Below are positions 61,377-64,000 of a stretch of 64,000 nucleotides of DNA, piece by piece. Source of the stretch: Azolla caroliniana. Its lineage: Eukaryota; Plantae; Polypodiophyta. The DNA lies in NCBI GenBank assembly GCA_043228905.1, contig JBHGNT010000005.1:24676001-24740000 (forward strand), in the 5' to 3' direction. A program made the translations under genes and the position numbers. The stretch's first letter is position 1, and every line of letters starts with the position of its first letter. A model generated the notes under the pieces. That model made no database searches and was not told where the DNA came from. It saw only the letters and a program-made list of their open reading frames with translations.

Positions 61377-64000
61377 AGTGCCCTCAATGCTCAAACGCAA
61401 ATAAGACCAAAGACAATTACACTACAAAAAACTACAATTAGGTTATGGGTTGATGTCATTGTCTCTTTATGGGTGAGACTTTTATCATGTGTGTGAGCAA
61501 TAGAGAGACATTGTGTGTGTGTGTGTGTGTGTGTGTGCAAGTGAGTGAGTGAGAGACAAACCTTATTAACATTCATGGGAGATTGATAGATTGGGTATAT
61601 GTGTATGTTTATATAGAGAGGGAGGGAGGGAGGGAGAGGTGTTATGACCTCCTCGTAAGGATATCCAAATATTGGAGAGAACTAAAACATGTCCAAAAGA
61701 ATGAGATAATGATATTAAATGGTTTCACGAGAAGAAAACTATAAGAGGCTACATCATTTATGTATACCTTACACCTACGAGAGAAGGACAGAGTAACAAT
61801 AATATACATTAATGATTAAAGATCATATTCAAACTATCATGTAGTTCATCTTCTAGAATATATTGTATGTATTTTTGGAATCTCGGTGTAGCTCCCAATG
61901 CTATCAACAAAATTACAATTGAGCCTATGTGAGTAATGAATGCTACCGTTATAAAAACGAGCAAAAGTAGGTTTCGGTCTAAAGTTGAAATTAGTCGATC
62001 ATGATGTAGGAATTCAAAGAAATATGGATCTATGTGTGTCCTTTTGTTCAAATATGTGTTACATATGTATGTGATAGCTGAATAGATCTCAATCTAGTAA
62101 CTGCAACAAGCAAGCAAGCAAAAACCTAGGACTTGTAAGGGACACGTTTCCTCAAATGATTTTACTATGGAAATGTTAGTGAGTTCATTATTTTTGAAAC
62201 CTTGAATTGATAACCATATTTTGGATAGCCTAACCTCTTTTATCCCTTGGTGATCATGCCTTGAGCCCTTACATTATGGAGCAACTAGTAAAATAGTGGC
62301 ACATGCAAATTGAGCTCCAATGCACAAGTACCATGTTAACAAATTATATAGCTTTACCACTAGGGTGCAAACGTAACATTTACAAATATAAAAAATTGTC
62401 TTTCCTTAATACCTCAATTGAGAGGCATATCCCACATATTGAGACTAGGTAATGTGCTCATCAAAAGAACCATACACTATAATGAAATGGTTATTATGAG
62501 GCCACATCGATGACCTTGATTAGCATTACATGTCAATGGTAAAGAGACAAATATACAACCCCAACTAGCAATGTATGTCAATTTCAATCCTTTGTTCAGT
62601 GAAATCAACTAAAGAGCTCAATTGACTAGTGAAACTCAGTAAAATATAAGGACTAGCAACTTGGACAACCAAGAGGATATGAATGCACTAAAATTAGAAG
62701 TGTATGAGAATAAGACTCAGGTATTATTCATTTTGCATTTCTCACTTATTTTATCATTTTATTTGTCTTGTATATAAATATAGAGAGAGTGCATGTGTGT
62801 GAGCGCATAAACAATCCAGTTTCAATGTTCTTTGTTGTTTCTTAGTCTATGTCGACCATTTGTGTGCCAAGGATCTATTGTGCTTGTCCTTTTCTTATTG
62901 ATTACACTTGTTCTTTGCATACCCCCTAGTTGAACTTTGATCTCCTTAAGTGAGGTTCACTTTAAGCAAATAAAACTTTTTGTTTGTTGTGAGGATTACA
63001 TGAATTGTGGTCCGGAAATTTTTGTTTTATCATTTGACTACATGATTTATGATGCATCTTGTATCGGTGAAAGAACGCGTGATTACACTTTCGTTTTACT
63101 AATGAATGTCTTGTCAATTTTGGTCTCAAATGATTTTGAAATGAGGTTGCTTGTATTTGTAAAAGAATGAACAAATGCACTTTAGTTTAGCAATAAATAT
63201 CTTGTCAATTTTGGCCTCAAATGATTTTGAAATGGGGTTGGGGGGAGGGGGGGGGGGGGGGGGGGGCGGGTCGCTCCCAATTGGCATGACCTTATCTTGG
63301 TCCTAGGATTATATTTTATAGTGATCACGGATTGAGAAATTGTGGGATGTGTAGTGATCGTATGTTTTTATTCTCTCCTCTATATACTGCAACCAACAAT
63401 TTAAGTGAATGATAATAATAAGGTTTGAACTAAGAGCCCAAGGAAAGAAATTATGAACACATATATGTACATATTTATGTATGTTGCTTATGCATACAAA
63501 AGTGAGAGTTGTTTCTGAGCAGATGAATCACACCTCCTTGAAAGGGAAGGCTCGTGGCATTGATCCCCATTTCAAGATATAAACTTCAAAACGATACTTC
63601 CCCATGCTCGTAACCAAAGTCTAACAATACTATTTTACTACATATTTTATATCCCTCACAAAATAGTGTCTTTGAACATTTCCAAGACATAACGTTACTC
63701 CTTTAATTGAAACCCTACATCTAATCATTTCAATCTCAAGGCACACATAGTGATAGATTTCGCCCACCTTTTTTGTCTTGATATGGTGCAAGAAAGTGGC
63801 GTGTGGGGTGCATCCTCTCATATAGCATGGGGAGGTCGAATGATTGTTGCCACATCAATCCTTTTCTTTTCTTTTCTTTTCTTGTTGGGCTGCTAGCAAT
63901 TGTCTAGCTTCTGCTACCAACTCCCCCATCAATCCGTCTAACTTTATTGTAGCCGATAAGTAGCATTAATCATCTTTATCGGTATGAGTTGCACACCTAT

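Noticed and set aside
63240-63270. Poly-G tract as a functional G-quadruplex
   Set aside because: Simple homopolymer with no supporting context; length is unreliable in assemblies.

Overview
Eukaryotic plant nuclear DNA. A fern or other non-flowering vascular plant is an inference from the PLS-PPR gene style and TE families, not proven. Bases ~2.2-46.1 kb are one long, degenerate tandem array built from the cytosolic initiator tRNA-Met gene. I count roughly 45-50 tRNA-like copies by eye, in a ~560-bp tripartite unit: a CAT-anticodon copy, a TAT-anticodon derivative, and a tRNA-less subunit. One copy (24990-25061) is an essentially perfect tRNA-iMet. The array is interrupted by at least seven Ty1/copia elements or fragments, and every copia PBS that is visible is complementary to this same tRNA-iMet. 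It also holds a Ty3/gypsy-like gag-only element, a related solo LTR, and a ~6-kb Sola2-like DNA transposon whose intron is filled with a palindromic AGCTAATTAGCT repeat. To the right of the array are older tRNA-half repeats, a PLS-E class PPR gene (48049-50657, minus strand), decayed LINE fragments and AT-rich intergenic DNA. The most notable system is the tRNA-iMet satellite and its association with tRNA-iMet-primed retrotransposons.
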